The translations under genes were made by a program, and so were the position numbers. From positions 16,120,001-16,184,000 of the forward strand of contig NC_087472.1 of the NCBI RefSeq assembly GCF_036321535.1: 64,000 nt of DNA. Reading direction: 5' to 3'. Source of the stretch: Camelus dromedarius. Taxonomy: Eukaryota. Positions 23,561-37,564 of the stretch are shown here, in pieces (position 1 is the first letter of the stretch; each line of letters starts with the position of its first letter). The notes under the pieces are model-generated. The model saw only the letters and a program-made list of their open reading frames with translations. It made no database searches and had not been told where the DNA came from.

Positions 23561-24329
23561 AATTATTAATTCAGTCGAAATGAATATGTCATTGCCCCTT
23601 GTCTGCATTTTGACTTTTTCATTTCCCCCATTTAATACAATTATTCGATCTATAATCTGTTTTGATTACATGATTTCTAAAGTTTTTTCACCTCTGAGGT
23701 TCTATAAGTTAAAACGGAAAAAGTTGCAGCAGTTACAGACAAAATCAACTTACTAACTTTTTCTTATTACGTTTGACTATCAGAATATGTTTAAGAGGAT
23801 TTGTTAAAAGGCAGAGTGCAGGTAAAATAAGTGGATTAAGTTCCTGTATTGTGTAAAATCATTTCATTTTCTTTTTTCTGCCCTACCTGGTAAGGAATAA
23901 AAAGTAATCAATGCATAAACTTCAAATATAACAATCTAAGTTGTCATTTACTAAAATTCCAATGTTTTTGTAAGATTTTCATCTATCTTGTCTTTAGCTC
24001 CTTTCTCCCAAATCTATGTAAATAGAATGCCAGTACTTTGAATAAATCCGCTAAATACGCACTCCCCACTGAAAGCCTAGGGAGAGTGCAACAGAAGCTT
24101 AGGAAGCGGGGAGCTGTCTCTTAACAAGACAGCTTTGGGAGCCCCAGAAAGCACCAGACCTGCTTCCACAGGGAGGCTGATCCCTTTTCTTGACCTCCTG
24201 TTAGAGGGCACCTCCTAGGGCCCTTTTGCCTCTGAACCCAAGGAAGCTTGTTTAACCCGATGTTTCCCAGGCCCTGCTGTGTGTGCATCCCCATCCCCCG
24301 GGGTGACTGTGTATGTGTGTGTGTTTGTG

Positions 24330-24430
24330 AAGATACAGATCCCCGGGCCCAACTGCCCAGATATTCATAAGTCGGGTAGGACCTGCAAATCAGCATTGCA
24401 ACAAGCTTTCTAGCTGATTCTGATACAACA
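24330..24430. mobile_element. MER5-type hAT-Charlie fragment
   Basis: cagatccccgggccc...ggacctgcaaatcagcattgcaacaagctttctagctgattctgat resembles MER5A. Confidence 0.5.
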
Positions 24431-24901
24431 GATCCACAGATCTGCACTTGTCAGCCACTGACAAATGACAAATTGTCCAGATGGGGAGAGTGAGGTCGAG
24501 AAAGACTGAATGGACTTGCTTAAGGTCACACAGTTGTGTTTCCAGGGAAGGTTAACACAACTTTGTTTCTCCCAATCTGATGGTGAATGAGGTAACTGCA
24601 TAATAGTCAAACCTGAAATGTGAAGGTGCAACCTGGCACAGCCTTCCAGGAGAGACAAAACGAGAGAAAGTTCTGGCATGGGGGGAGAAGGAAGAATCTA
24701 AACGTTTAACATTTCACTTCGGCACTACCTGAAAAAAATTTTTCAACTAACTTTGCTTCTTTGGATGGCTGGCCTAAATTTCATTTTGGTCAGCTTTCCC
24801 CACCCCACATTGAATTTCACACTTTTTTTATACTGTTATGGGGCAGAAAACCTTTTGACAGTAATTATCTGGCTTTACTCAGTATCAGTGGAATATTTAT
24901 T

Positions 24902-25170
24902 AAAACGATAGGATGACTGAATGCAATATAGTATCCTGAATGGGATCCTAGAATAGAAAAGAGACATTAGTGGAAAAAACTAGTTAAATTTGAATAAAGT
25001 CTGTAGTTTAGTGAATAGTAATTTACCAAGGTTAATTTCTTAGTTTTGACAAACGTACCATTGTTATGTAAGACGCTAACCTTAGGGGGAACTCGATGAT
25101 GAATATACAGGAACTCTACAACTTCTCTGTAAATATAAAGTTATTGCAAAATAAAATGTTTGTTTGAAAA
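24902..25170 (+). mobile_element. Old L1M (L1MC/MD-like) 3' end
   Basis: aatgcaatatagtatcctgaatgggatcctagaa...aataaagtctgtagtttag...gttttgacaaacgtaccattgttatgtaaga. Confidence 0.75.
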
Positions 25171-28100
25171 ATAGGCTTAGGTAAGAACCAACCAGAGCAG
25201 TCAATGAAGCAAAGACAAATTGCTAATCAGAGTGCTGATTCCCTCTCACACTGGGGGGAAATCCTTTTGGGAGATGACTGCTTGATTTGTGCGAGAATGT
25301 TACTTAGGAAAAAAAGCCTGTTATATCCCAGAAGATAACCTGGCTGAGATGGAGAGGAGAGTGTGCTTTTTAATTTCAGGAGAATCGAATGGTGGTTTCT
25401 TTCTTTAATAGCACATTCTGTTTGTGCAATTTTCATGGAGTTAATTGTTTTCCATTTAAGCAATCAACAAAAATTGGAATAATCTCATAATGGGGTTTAT
25501 ATACAGCAGGCTCACGTGGATACACAGCTTAAGCTGAAAGATAACTATGTTATTTATGTTTTCTGTAGCAGTAAATATAAAAATATAAGTAATATTTGGT
25601 AAGTTTAGTCGTCTGCATTGGGCTGCATTGGCCCTCCTGGAGGAGGTGTATGCACTCCACATGGAGGATGTGGGAGGTCTCAGACGTCTTCAAACCTCCT
25701 GTCCCCTTCCCATCTTCCTGCGACAGTGTCTGGACCATCCTCAGATTGTATTCCTTCATTCAATAAACATTGACTGAGTACATTAATGATAACAGCTAAA
25801 ACATAAGGAGTAATTATTATGGGCCAGGTGATTTACATGAATTCCTTTAATTCTCACAACAACCAAACGAGGCAAGAATGAGTTGTTATCTTTGATTCTG
25901 CAGACGGGGGTGGGGGGCTCAGGCTGTTTAGGAAACTTGTCCAAGGTCAGACGGGATGTACACGGTACAGCTGGCTTTTGAGCCTGGTTTTATTTGAATT
26001 TCTCACTTTGGACCATAATGCGAAAATGCCTAGCCCTACAGTGAACCATGCCACAGGAGCAGAGGGCAAGTGGCAAAGAAGGAGTTTGACCTGTATGCCG
26101 GTGGGAGTGGGGAGCCGGGGGCAGCGTGATTGGCTGGAGTCCTAGATTTGCGAGTCAGCCGCAGAGTGCTGGTCATCTAAGTCATGGGAGAAGAAGGCAT
26201 CTCTGAGGGAGAGGAGAGGACAGGCGAGGACCGCCTTGAATATGCCCCCACGTAGACGGCAGGAGATGGAGAAGGGGTTTGTTACAGAGTGAGCAGAGGC
26301 AGGAGAGGGAAATATTGGGGATACTAAGTGCAGAGGGAATTTCAAGAAGTCAACAAATGCTCTGAGAGGTCAGATGTGCTGGAGGATTAAGAAGCAGTGG
26401 CACTGAACAATGAAATGTTCATTCGTGTCATTTGAGTTCACGGCAGTACAATGGGGGAATCAGATCCATACCTAGAGGAGTAAGGAGTCAGGAGGCAGCG
26501 GGGGAGGAGAGGGAGCAAGGATAGGGTGCACGCCTCTGCAGTTTGGAGTGAGATATAAAGAGAGAGAAAGAACAGTGCCATTTTTAAGACTGAGACGCTC
26601 TGAAAGGTGGGGGATCTACTGTTGAGTGAGAGAGTGATTCCATGCAAGGAGGAGAAGGACCATTGATGCGGCCAGAGCCAGAGCAGGTGGCACACGGATG
26701 GATGGAGGTTGCCGTGGGTGGAGGAAAGAGCAGGCAGTGACTCCACTTGGGACTGGGAGCATTTGTGGCCAGGTCCTCCCTGAGAGAACGTTCCTTCCTC
26801 TTCCTGCTACATGCTCCCTTCTCTCTCCTGGTTTCTGCGTAAAACCAGGAGGCTCAGAATTGTCACTGAGGTCACCAGCTGGGGCAGCCTGAAGGCACTG
26901 TCCACCTAGAGGCTGGGCCTGTGGGTGGCGTCCAAAACAGATGTCTTCTTGGTCATCATGGAACTTATTTCAAATCAGAGGTGCGATTTCACCAAGGGCT
27001 TCTGCTTTTAGTCTTTCATCAACACCACAAAATTGCATTATCCCACTGATCATTAGATTACTTTCGCTAACATCATAATCACATTGCACACCCACATATA
27101 CATCACTATTCACTTAGGATAATCAGTTTTAATGACACTCGCTTCGGTTTCTTTCATAAATCATGTTCTTTTATGAGATAATGGAGGAGAAACATCTAAT
27201 TTTGATCTCAGACAAATGAAAAGTGAATGCATGTGTTTTTAAGTGTATTTTTTGTTGGTTTACCATGTCCATTATTTAAAGAGGAAAGAATATCTCCTGA
27301 CTTCTCTTTTAGAAATAAATGAGGCAAAAGTATAGTGGATTTTGAATACCAAAGCATTAGCTGTAATGCACTGCAAACAAATAATAAACACAGCTCCTCC
27401 TTAGTAGCTTTTGCACAAATCTCAATTGAATAGAAATCAATGGTTGTAAGCAGCATGTGTGATATCCTGCCAACGTGTTAAGGAGGAAAATCTTAACACC
27501 ACACCTTTACAGGAGCAAAATCAAACGCTGAGCCTGCCCTGTTGTCTGCAGAAAATAGAAGCGCAATTTCTTCCATCCAACAAACATATATTGAATTCCT
27601 AATATGCGCAAGGCAAAGTACAGAAATGGGTAAAACACATTTTCTGCGGTACCTGCAGAGAGTGCTTCAGAAGACAGCAGCCTTGTCCCACCCATTCCCC
27701 CTCCATCCATCTCTCCAAATGCACACCCAGAGATCCAAAAGTGCATGGATTTTACTTCCCTTACCCCATGCCCCTCCTCCGCTCCCTGGGGAAGGGACAG
27801 CTCTCAGAAGTTCCCTGTAGGATAGGACTAAGCCACCCTCCTTGATGGACCTGCCCTGAGATCCCACCCCTGTGACTTCCTGCCCTCCCTCCCATTCCAT
27901 CAGGAGGCACCAGATCCTTGCCTCAGGCTCTGCTTTAGGGGATCCTAGCTAAAGACAGGACTCAGAGGGAGAGGTTTTCTCCTCTGGAGGGAACAGAAGT
28001 CAGCCTGGGGTAGCAGTGTTCAAGGAGAACTGGATCCATCCTGCCTCAGGGATGATGGTGCTTAAAAAAACCAACCAAATAAAAAAGCTCACGTTTTCTG

Positions 28101-28238
28101 CTGTTGAGCTGATGGCATGTTCTAGTTGAGGGAGCAGACAGGGCATATGAGTTCATTCACTTGTTCGTGCTAGCTGCCAGGATAAAAGCAATGACAAGGC
28201 GAAATGGGAGCAATGAGGAGGCAGTATTATTTGGGGGG

Positions 28239-28258
28239 TGTGTGTGTGTGTGTGTGTG
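28239..28258. repeat. (TG)10 microsatellite
   Basis: Read directly from the sequence. Confidence 0.9.
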
Positions 28259-28467
28259 GAGTGGTGGGATTGGTCAGAGAGTCTCACAGAGATTGTGTGG
28301 TGGCGGTGTTTGAGCTAATCTGTCCTGATGAATCTGAATCCCCAGGGAGAGAAGAGGACCAGAGACGTCTTGCCAATCTTTCTCCGCATGTAAACCGTGC
28401 TCACTGCCCTACAGTTTATCTTTCTCCAAAATCAAGTCCAAATTCTTTGTGGCATAGGAAGCTCTTT

Positions 28468-28556
28468 AAAATACAGTCCTACAACAAGGCCCTACTGTGT
28501 AGCACTGGGGACTATATTCAATATCTTGTAATAACCTATAATGAAAAAGAAAAAAT
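28468..28556 (+). mobile_element. Short L1 3'-end fragment
   Basis: caacaaggccctactgtgtagcactggggactatattcaatatcttgtaataacctataatgaaaaag. Confidence 0.75.
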
Positions 28557-29187
28557 ACGGTCCCAGGCTGCCCAGGGAAGCCTTTTGGTTGCATACTCTT
28601 TGTCTCCCTGAGCTTCTCTTCGTATTTCGAGAACACCTTTTTTCCCAGTTCCTTCCCTTTGCGTGTGCTACTCCCGTCACCTATCATGCCCATCTCCCTG
28701 TCTTCAGCCTGGCAAGGTGACCCTCGTTGATCTAGGACCCAGAACAAGAGAACACCTTAGCAACAACCCACAGGGCTCTCCGGAGCCGCCGCCGCTTTCC
28801 CCGGTGCAGACACGCGCTGGGGAGCCCGGCAGGCAGGGAGCACGCTCGCTCTTCTGACTGACTTGATGGGCTGCGAGTCTGCTGCCCAGGTCTTCTCCAT
28901 GGAGAGATAACTCCAAAATCCACTCACTTCCGCCTATAGAAATATTGAACCCCTTCGGTTTCAGTCTTCCAACACTAACCACTGTGGGGAAACCAAGACC
29001 TTTGGGAGAATGGCATTTCTTCTGGGCTCATCTCAGGTAGGCAGGTTATAATTTTCTGTTAAGATTACCCCAAACCCAAGACCTACACTCTGTTGATCTC
29101 TTTATCCAAATTGCCTTTAGATAATTAAGAGAAAATTTGGCCCTCACTACAAAAAAACATTTAAAAAGCTATTACCTTTCCATCTTT

Positions 29188-30608
29188 TTTTTTAAACATT
29201 TTTTTATTGATTTATAATCATTTTACAATGTGTCAAAATCCAGTGTTCGGCACAATTTTTCAGTCATTCATGGACATATACACACTCATTGTCACATTTT
29301 TTTCTCTGTGAGTTATCATAACATTTTGTGTATATTTCCCTGTGCTATACAGTGTAATCTTGTTTATCTATTCTACAATTTTGAAATCCCAGTCTGTCCC
29401 TTCCCACCCTCCACCCCCCTGGTAACCACAAGTCTGTATTCTCTGTCTGTGAGTCTATTTCTGTCCTGTATTTATGCTTTGTTTTTGTTTGTTTGTTTGT
29501 TTTTGGTTTTGTTTTTTAGATTCCACATATGAGCGATCTCATATGGTATTTTTCTTTCTCTTTCTGGCTTACTTCACTTAGAATGNNNNNNNNNNNNNNN
29601 NNNNNNNNNNNNNNNNNNNNNNNNNNNNNNNNNNNNNNNNNNNNNNNNNNNNNNNNNNNNNNNNNNNNNNNNNNNNNNNNNNNNNNNNNNNNNNNNNNNN
29701 NNNNNNNNNNNNNNNNNNNNNNNNNNNNNNNNNNNNNNNNNNNNNNNNNNNNNNNNNNNNNNNNNNNNNNNNNNTCCTGAAGTAGATTTCCTTCTGGATA
29801 CAAGCCCAGGAGTGGGATTCCTGGGTCATATGGTAAGNNNNNNNNNNNNNNNNNNNNNNNNNNNNNNNNNNNNNNNNNNNNNNNNNNNNNNNNNNNNNNN
29901 NNNNNNNNNNNNNNNNNNNNNNNNNNNNNNNNNNNNNNNNNNNNNNNNNNNNNNNNNNNNNNNNNNNNNNNNNNNNNNNNNNNNNNNNNNNNNNNNNNNN
30001 NNNNNNNNNNNNNNNNNNNNNNNNNNNNNNNNNNNNNNNNNNNNNNNNNNNNNNNNNNNNNNNNNNNNNNNNNNNNNNNNNNNNNNNNNNNNNNNNNNNN
30101 NNNNNNNNNNNNNNCTTCTGCCCATTTTTGGATTGGGTTGTTTATTTTTTTCTTATTGAGTCGTATGAGCTGCTTATATATTCTGGAGATCAAGCCTTTG
30201 TCGGTTTCACTTGTAAAAATTTTCTCCCATTCCGTAGGTTTTCTTCTTGTTTTACTTCTGGTTTCCTTTGCTGTGCAGAAGCTTGTAAGTTTCATTAGGT
30301 CCCATTTGTTTATTCTTGCTTTTATTTCTTCTAGGAGAAAATTTCTGAGATGTATGTCAGATAATGTTTTGCCTATGTTTTCCTCTAGGAGGTTTATTGT
30401 ATCTTGTCTTATGTTTAAGTCTTTAATCCATTTTGAGATGATTTTTGTATATGGTGTAAGGGAGTGTTCTAGCTTCATTGTTTTACATGCTGCTGTCCAG
30501 TTTTCCTAACACCATTTGCTGAAGAGACTGTCTTTATTCCAATGTATATTCTTGCCTCCTTTGTCGAAGATGAGTTGACCAAAAGTTTGTGGGTTCATTT
30601 CTGGGCTC
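29188..30608 (-). mobile_element. 5'-truncated camelid L1 (ORF2 C-terminus and 3'UTR) with TSD
   Basis: ORF2 peptide [22 protein letters not shown]...[12 protein letters not shown]. Poly-T tail. TSD ttacctttccatcttt 29172-29187 / ttacttttccatcttt 30609-30624, with a TT/AAAG endonuclease site. Partly N-masked. Confidence 0.95.
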
Positions 30609-33577
30609 TTACTTTTCCATCTTTAATCTGGCCCATTAAGCCTTTCCTGAATGAATATAAACCTTTGGACTCAGGCCTGTTGCCCCATCCACTTCAGCTT
30701 TCATTCTCAGTGCCTCATTATGTCTTTCACAGCAGCATTATGTCTTTGCTGAAGCAGAATTACAGCAAAAGAAGTTAATTATTATGGAGTTGATATGATG
30801 CGCCTAGAAGAAGAAGGTTGGAATGAAGCCTTTTGAAGGAATATTATTCCCCATTGTAACAGGTTTTACTGCTATTAAGAATTAGTACACGATGTTTCCT
30901 ACAATNNNNNNNNNNNNNNNNNNNNNNNNNNNNNNNNNNNNNNNNNNNNNNNNNNNNNNNNNNNNNNNNNNNNNNNNNNNNNNNNNNNNNNNNNNNNNNN
31001 NNNNNNNNNNNNNNNNNNNNNNNNNNNNNNNNNNNNNNNNNNNNNNNNNNNNNNNNNNNNNNNNNNNNNNNNNNNNNNNNNNNNNCTATGAAACCATGGG
31101 AAGCCAAAGGACTTTCATTATCAGACAGAACTTGAAAATATGAATAAGACACCACTTCCCCAAGAACCACAAGATCAATATGTGATTGCAGCGGATGGAG
31201 CTGAACCATGCATTTGCTGCCTAATCTTGGCTTCAGATGAGTGCCAAATGGCAGTGAAGTAGGTCTTAAGTGACCAACAAGGGCTCAAATGGGTTGCTTA
31301 GTAAAAAACATGGCATTTTCAATTAAATGTCAAAGACAATTACATGGAAAACATCAGAGAGCTTCAGAAGTAAGACAGGAAGATTACATTTCACTAACCT
31401 CACACTCCATCACCAAACTTCCTGTCTTTTGGCTGAGAGAAACTTATTTGTTCCAGGAAAGCATGACATTCTGCATTCATGAAAAGGCCCAATAAAGTGT
31501 CACTTTCCAGATAATATGTGGGTGATTTAAGGTCATAGAAGTGTAAAATGGCAGGATTCTTCTGTTTTTGATCTCTCAGCCAGCATCTAGAACTCTATTG
31601 AAATTCTTGAACCTGGCCATCATTCTTATGGTAAAAATAAAATAAAATATCCCAACAATCTAGTTCCTTTACTGCAGAATAGACAAATCCTTTGGCATTT
31701 TCATTGGCTCTGTGTTTTCCCCTTTCCCCAGTCCCTCCAATCACCATTTAATGATGGGATGCCTGGGAGCTATAACAAATCCAGGCTGAAGTCTTCAGGC
31801 ATCATGTACATGACTGGGGTCTCCTGGTGATTTGGAGGACCCAGCTGTTTGCCCTCGGAACTCATTCCAGAAGTGCTGGACTAGACCCAGCATAATCTCT
31901 GTTCACAGATAGACCAGCGGAGGAAGCTGTTTGTCCACTACCCTCAGAGAAACCAAGAAGTGGGTTCTTCTTATGACCAGACCAAGACCAGTCAAGCCAA
32001 ACTTAAGAAGAAACACCAGCTTGTGTTTGGAGTTCCTCTACCCAACCTTTAGGAACCTCCATCTTTTCTCTTCTGTATCCTAGGCCCAGATACCCTGGAG
32101 AGCACCTTAAGGTGATAATGTATTGTGAAATTACTATTCTCTGGAGTTCAGCTATAGATTAAGAGAACCTTTTGAAAGGACATGTAAGCATTTTGACGTC
32201 ACTTGGAAATTTTGTGGAAGTTGGCCCCTTCAAGCAGTTTTGTGATTTCATGTAACTCATCTGTGCAGAGATGTCACTTTCTTTACCTCTCTATAACTGA
32301 TGCCAAACTGCTTGTGAGCCCCCATTTCCACTGATGGAGGAAATTGCTAAACCTTGCCCCTTTAAGATGACTCAGTATCTTCCGGTTTAAAACTTCATCT
32401 CTTTGCGGGTAATTAATTACTCATTTGCTTCTGCCTTTCAACTCAGTCCTTTCAAAGTTCACTATTAGGACTTTTCTCAACTCCCCAGAATTTTCTCCTG
32501 TACCCCTCCTCATCCTCCTCTTTCCCTCCCTCCTCCTCTTGAGGACGGTGCCATTTTGCAGGAAGCCACCCCCCTGTACACGTAAGTGCTTTACCATATC
32601 GGCTGCCAGAGCAGAGTGCATCATTGTGAGACCACTGTATCCTTCAGAAGTATGTGGGGAAATCATGTTAATTAAAATTTCTTTTCCTCCTGGGAAAAGA
32701 ATAACTTCAAGCTAAAGTATCAGAGAGTGGTTGACTGGACACTCTCATTATTCCAGGTAGCTGTAAGAAATAAAAAAAAAAAAAGTCTCTCACAAATGTG
32801 CTTTAATATGGGAAAGAGAGCAAAACCCAGCACACTGAATATTTCATGGATATCAGCCATAACTCCATGCGATTGCAGGGGAGTTGAGAAAAACATCATT
32901 TTTAATTATTTTTCATTTCATTGTAGGAAGCTTTGATCCAATTTATTTATAAATCTGGTGAAAAGCCTTGTACATCTAAGATGACAGCAGATTGAACAGT
33001 AAGGAAGGTAGCTGTATTTTTCCCATAAAGACAAGTTAAATTAACCCACAGGAATCTGTTATTTATGTGGTACAGTGTCTGACTTCACTATTCTGTAAAA
33101 TGTCTGCTCTTTGTAATCATATCTATTTTATGTTCCGTGGGGTTATTCAGAAAGTAAGTTAACAAACGTGACATTTTAAAAAGTTATTTAAGGAAACTGA
33201 TTTTTGTTTTTACAGGCCAACAGCAGATATTGAACTGATGCCTCATTGCCACCTTTTCACATAAGCACAGGAGAGGTCCAAACCTCCGTCATCAAATCCG
33301 GGAAGGAAGCTGCCCACACCACTGGAGGCTCTGCTTTTTTTTTCTAAAACATATTCCCTCTTTTCATAGATGCATTTTATCAACAAAAATTTAAAAGAAC
33401 AGAACAGTGAAACGGAAGAAAACAACTTCTGTCTACAAAATTCCACAGACTGCATGGATTTCTGGAGCAGGAATGTTTTTGCCTCCGCAAACCTGTGCGG
33501 TTATCTGGCAGGGGGTGGGGTTCAGTATTTAAAGAAGCAGCACATGAACTGAGGGTATAGAGAGATCACGCGTCTCC

Positions 33578-34095
33578 CCTTACCGAGTCCAAACTCGTAC
33601 TGTTCGCCGCATGGCAGGCCAATAAATCGGGAGAGGAGGTGTTGGGGCAAAGAATAACGACTTGATTCGGAAAGCCAGCAGACCGAGAAAGTGGGGAACT
33701 AATGTCCTGGAGAACCATCTTCCCCAAGTCAGAATTCAGGCTCCTTTTATACTAAAAGAGGAAGGGGTGTTGGTTGGTTGTTGCAAACTTCTTGGTGTCA
33801 GAACCCCTTGTTCTTGCATCTGTACACATAGGTCAGGTCACGATGTTCCTGTAAACCGCCAACAAGAAGAATGTTATTCTCTGTTCTGCAAATTTTCATC
33901 TCTGTATGAATGGAAGAGTGTTACACCCTCCAAGGGCAGAGCCTTGAGAATGGGCCATCCTATATATTTCAGGCTCTAGGCAACATTCTTTTACAAAAGG
34001 TGCAGAACCAGCACGACTGGGCATAAGAAACAGCACAGGGTTAGGGCTAAAGGAACAGATCTAATGTGGAGTCAGATTTGTTTTTCCCTATTATG
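33578..34095 (-). mobile_element. ERV1 solo LTR, MER41-like cetartiodactyl family
   Basis: ttaccgagtccaaactcgtactg...ggaaagccagcagaccgaga...gagtcagatttgtttttccctatta. TATA-like ttttata on the reverse strand near 33745. Family name assigned from memory of the consensus. Confidence 0.7.
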
Positions 34096-37000
34096 CCTTC
34101 TCTCAGGTGGGTGTCTCACCTGCCTGACCAAATATTGGACAAGGATCCCAATGACTGGGATCTTCACTGTCCATCAGAAAAGCAAAGACTTGAAACTGGC
34201 CTTCGGAACAACATCTTGCCTAGAACAGTGTTAAAATGTTGTTCTGAAAGCTCTGAAGCCTGAGCTGGGCCTGGACATCAGCGTGGGTGATGTTGACCAC
34301 CCAGACTTCAGGCTCGGAGTGTGCTGGGTGGATGCCCATCCCAGCTCTGTCACGAGCTGGCTGTGTGAACCTGGGCAAGTGATTTCACCTCAATTTTGTT
34401 ATTTACCAAATGGGGATAATATAAAAGTAACTTAATTTTTTGAGGCCACATTTAGGTAAGAAAAGCAAAGTCTTTGGCACTCAGGAATATCTCAGAATGT
34501 TAGCTAGTGGATGGAGGTAGAGACTAGCAGGGAACCTCAAATCTTACACATTGATCCTTAATAAACCCCAAAGGCTGTTTTGGGGTTATTTAGAACCAAC
34601 ACAAACACTAGTAGCTGTGAAGACAAGCCCAGGCCCCTTTCTGAGTGGGCGGTCCCAGCTCTGCACCCCCAAGAGGGTGAGAAAGCTGAATGGGCGAGTG
34701 GCCTTGCTCTCAGTGTCTCGGAGCACCTCAATTAATTGTGGACCTGGAGCCCGTGCACAGGCTTGGGCAGGAAGCCGAATGCCCCGTGAATTTGCCTGTA
34801 GGATTTGTGTTTGCTTTTCTCCGGAGAAGACCTGGATTTCATCCTATTTTCAAACCTAAGTTCTTTCATCCCCACAAAAGGTTGAGAAGGGCTGCTCTAG
34901 TCTCTTGAAGAATCATTTGCTTTGTACCTGGAGAGTTTATTTGGAGACCTAGGTACCTTCATCATTTCCTGCCTCCGGCCCCAGCGCTGTCTGTTCTAGA
35001 CCGACTCCCCCCATTCTGTTGGTTCTCTTGGCATCAACCTTGCTCCCATGTCCAATCTTCCTTTGCACAAACTTCTCTCCAAACAGCAGCATTTTATCCA
35101 ACCGCACTTACTCTGCTCCTGAGGCTCAGGGCAACTGCTCGCTGCTGCCCCTTCTTGTTTCAGTTGACAGGGACCTGGGAGTCTTCCTTTAAGGTGGGGA
35201 ATGACTTGGGCAATCTCCACTGGGAAAACAGTTGGCGGTGCCTGTGGGTCAAGCAGGCATTGTGGTGTTGGGGTGTTGGCTCGCCCCTGTGGGTCTGCAA
35301 TTACATGGCCTTATTTCTGGAACTTCAGAAAAGACCTTTGAAATAGAGGCCATTCTCCCACAGCTTGACGCCCAAGATTTTACACTCAGAGGACAATCCG
35401 CTTTAAGCAAAGATTCTGACCCGTGTGCAAATGCACGTGGAGCAAGGAGGATTCTCACCCACCTGCACTGGAGTGTGAATGAAGGACCTGAGAATGTGTT
35501 TGGGGAGGGAGAGAGAAGGGAAAAGAGGTGCTGAGCCCATAAGTAGGGGCAGTAGAGAAGTAGGCCCACAGGGGTGTGGGGTGGGGAGTGGAGGGGGGCA
35601 ACTGAACATCACCTTCCGCCTTTCCAATTTTTCCACAGGGTCCTTTTAGACCTGTGTTAGCCTTGGAAGTATGTTCTCATCATGAGCTCCCTCCTTTGTC
35701 TCTTCACTTTATCCCTGGCAACGAAGGGCAGGGGGAAGAACAAGGAACCTCTGATTAACATCCAGCTCTAGCTGCTTTGCTGAGAACAGAAGGGAGGGAG
35801 GGATGAATTCATGCTTATTGAGCACCTGCCATCTGTCAGTTACCAAGAACGTCCACATCACATCGGCACAGTTGTAGGAGAGGGCAGGGATACCTCCTCA
35901 CGGCCTGCTGGGAGAGAAGGGGAATTGAGTCCGAAGAGGTGAGTTAGAATCAGCCAAGAGGCTTAAAGCAAGTTCACTTAGCCATCCTTTCCTCTTCATT
36001 ACTATCTTCCTACGACAGATGTAGCAGCTGAGAATCAGGGCAAACAGTTCCCCCAGGATCCCGCAGCTAGTTTGTGGTAGAGCTGAGTTTGGGTTCTCTT
36101 CTGTCCAAGGGAAGTCCCATACCCTTCTTGTGCCAGCATGGCATGCAGAAGACACAAAAGGGGATGAATGGGGCGTGTCTGACTTTGCTTGGGTCTCTCT
36201 GTGGGTGGGTGTCAGGTGTTAAACTGCAGATACATAGATTTCCAGAAAAACTCAAGTAAGAGGGGGAACACAATGGGGTAGAGTGTTCCATTCTTCCTTG
36301 GCAGTTGCCAATATAGGGGGGAGAAAAGCAAAAGAAAAAAAATAAGGAAAGAAAAAGAAAGCAACCAAGGTAGCTGAAAGGCATACATTTTGGAGAGCTG
36401 AAAAGATACAAATGNNNNNNNNNNNNNNNNNNNNNNNNNNNNNNNNNNNNNNNNNNNNNNNNNNNNNNNNNNNNNNNNNNNNNNNNNNNNNNNNNNNNNN
36501 NNNNNNNNNNNNNNNNNNNNNNNNNNNNNNNNNNNNNNNNNNNNNNNNNNNNNNNNNNNNNNTCGGCTGCATAAAGAAGATTGAACACCAAATACCACAT
36601 TAATATGTTATTGGCATCTTTCTTTTTTCATATCTTACATGTTGATTGTAAAACCGTCCAGAGAGACTGATAGCTGTAATATATTACAGTTTCTCAACTT
36701 CAAATTAATTTCATAACAGCGCAGTACGGCCAGATAGTCTCTGCTCCAAGAAGTAACTCAAAGTAGGTAATATTCTTTTCTTTTGCTCTTCCGAAAACCC
36801 AGGTCTGGTTATTTTCTTTATTGGATAACCTATCTAGACTTTACTTCCTCATGATCCATTACCTGCTTCAGTAATTACTACTTTCTTTGAAATGTCCACT
36901 CCTCCAGCAGGTGGATTGACTGCCCCCCTTAAGTGCCCCCAGGGTGGGCTGCACAAAGCATAGTATGAACAGGGGAACTGTGTGTAAGCTGTGAAATCCA

Positions 37001-37336
37001 TGTCTCCGAAATTCCCGTCTCACATCCAGAGTGCCAGTGAGTCAATGGGCCCATGTAGACACACAGCCTAAGCCAACGCTCACATGAAGGAACAAGTCAA
37101 AGTGATGCCCAATGACTACAAGAGCAGGAATCCTTCTGTCTCCCAGCACAAGCTCCCCTATGTAAGAAGAGAAGGCAAGAGCACTCTGTTTTTTCTTCTC
37201 CGTCACTTGGTGGAAGCGTTTGTGAAGTAAGGGACCTGGCACCTTCTTCTCTCACCTATGAGTCACAGGATCCGTCTAGCTGCCACCATCAAAGGATCAA
37301 AAGTGGATTTCCTTCTTCCACCTCTTTCCTCTAGAG

Positions 37337-37564
37337 CTGTGCTGTCCAATATAGTAGCCACCAGCCACTTGTGGTCATTTAACTCACTTAAAATTAAGGT
37401 GAATAAGAATGACATTATTAAGTTGAATTAAAATTTAATTCCTCAGTCACACTAGCCTCATTTCAAGTGCTCAGAAACCACGAGTAGCTAGTGACTATGG
37501 TATTGGAGAGTGCAGATGAGGAGAATATTTCCACTGTTGCAGAAAGTTCTTTTTGACAGCTCTG
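37337..37564. mobile_element. MER3-type hAT-Charlie MITE
   Basis: Terminal inverted repeats ctgtgctgtccaata / ttttgacagctctg. 8-bp TSD ctctagag (37329-37336) / ctctagac (37565-37572) with central TA. Confidence 0.9.

Noticed and set aside
29516-30478. 320-aa ORF as an active L1 or host gene
   Set aside because: 5'-truncated L1 ORF2 fragment, and the apparent length is inflated by N masks.
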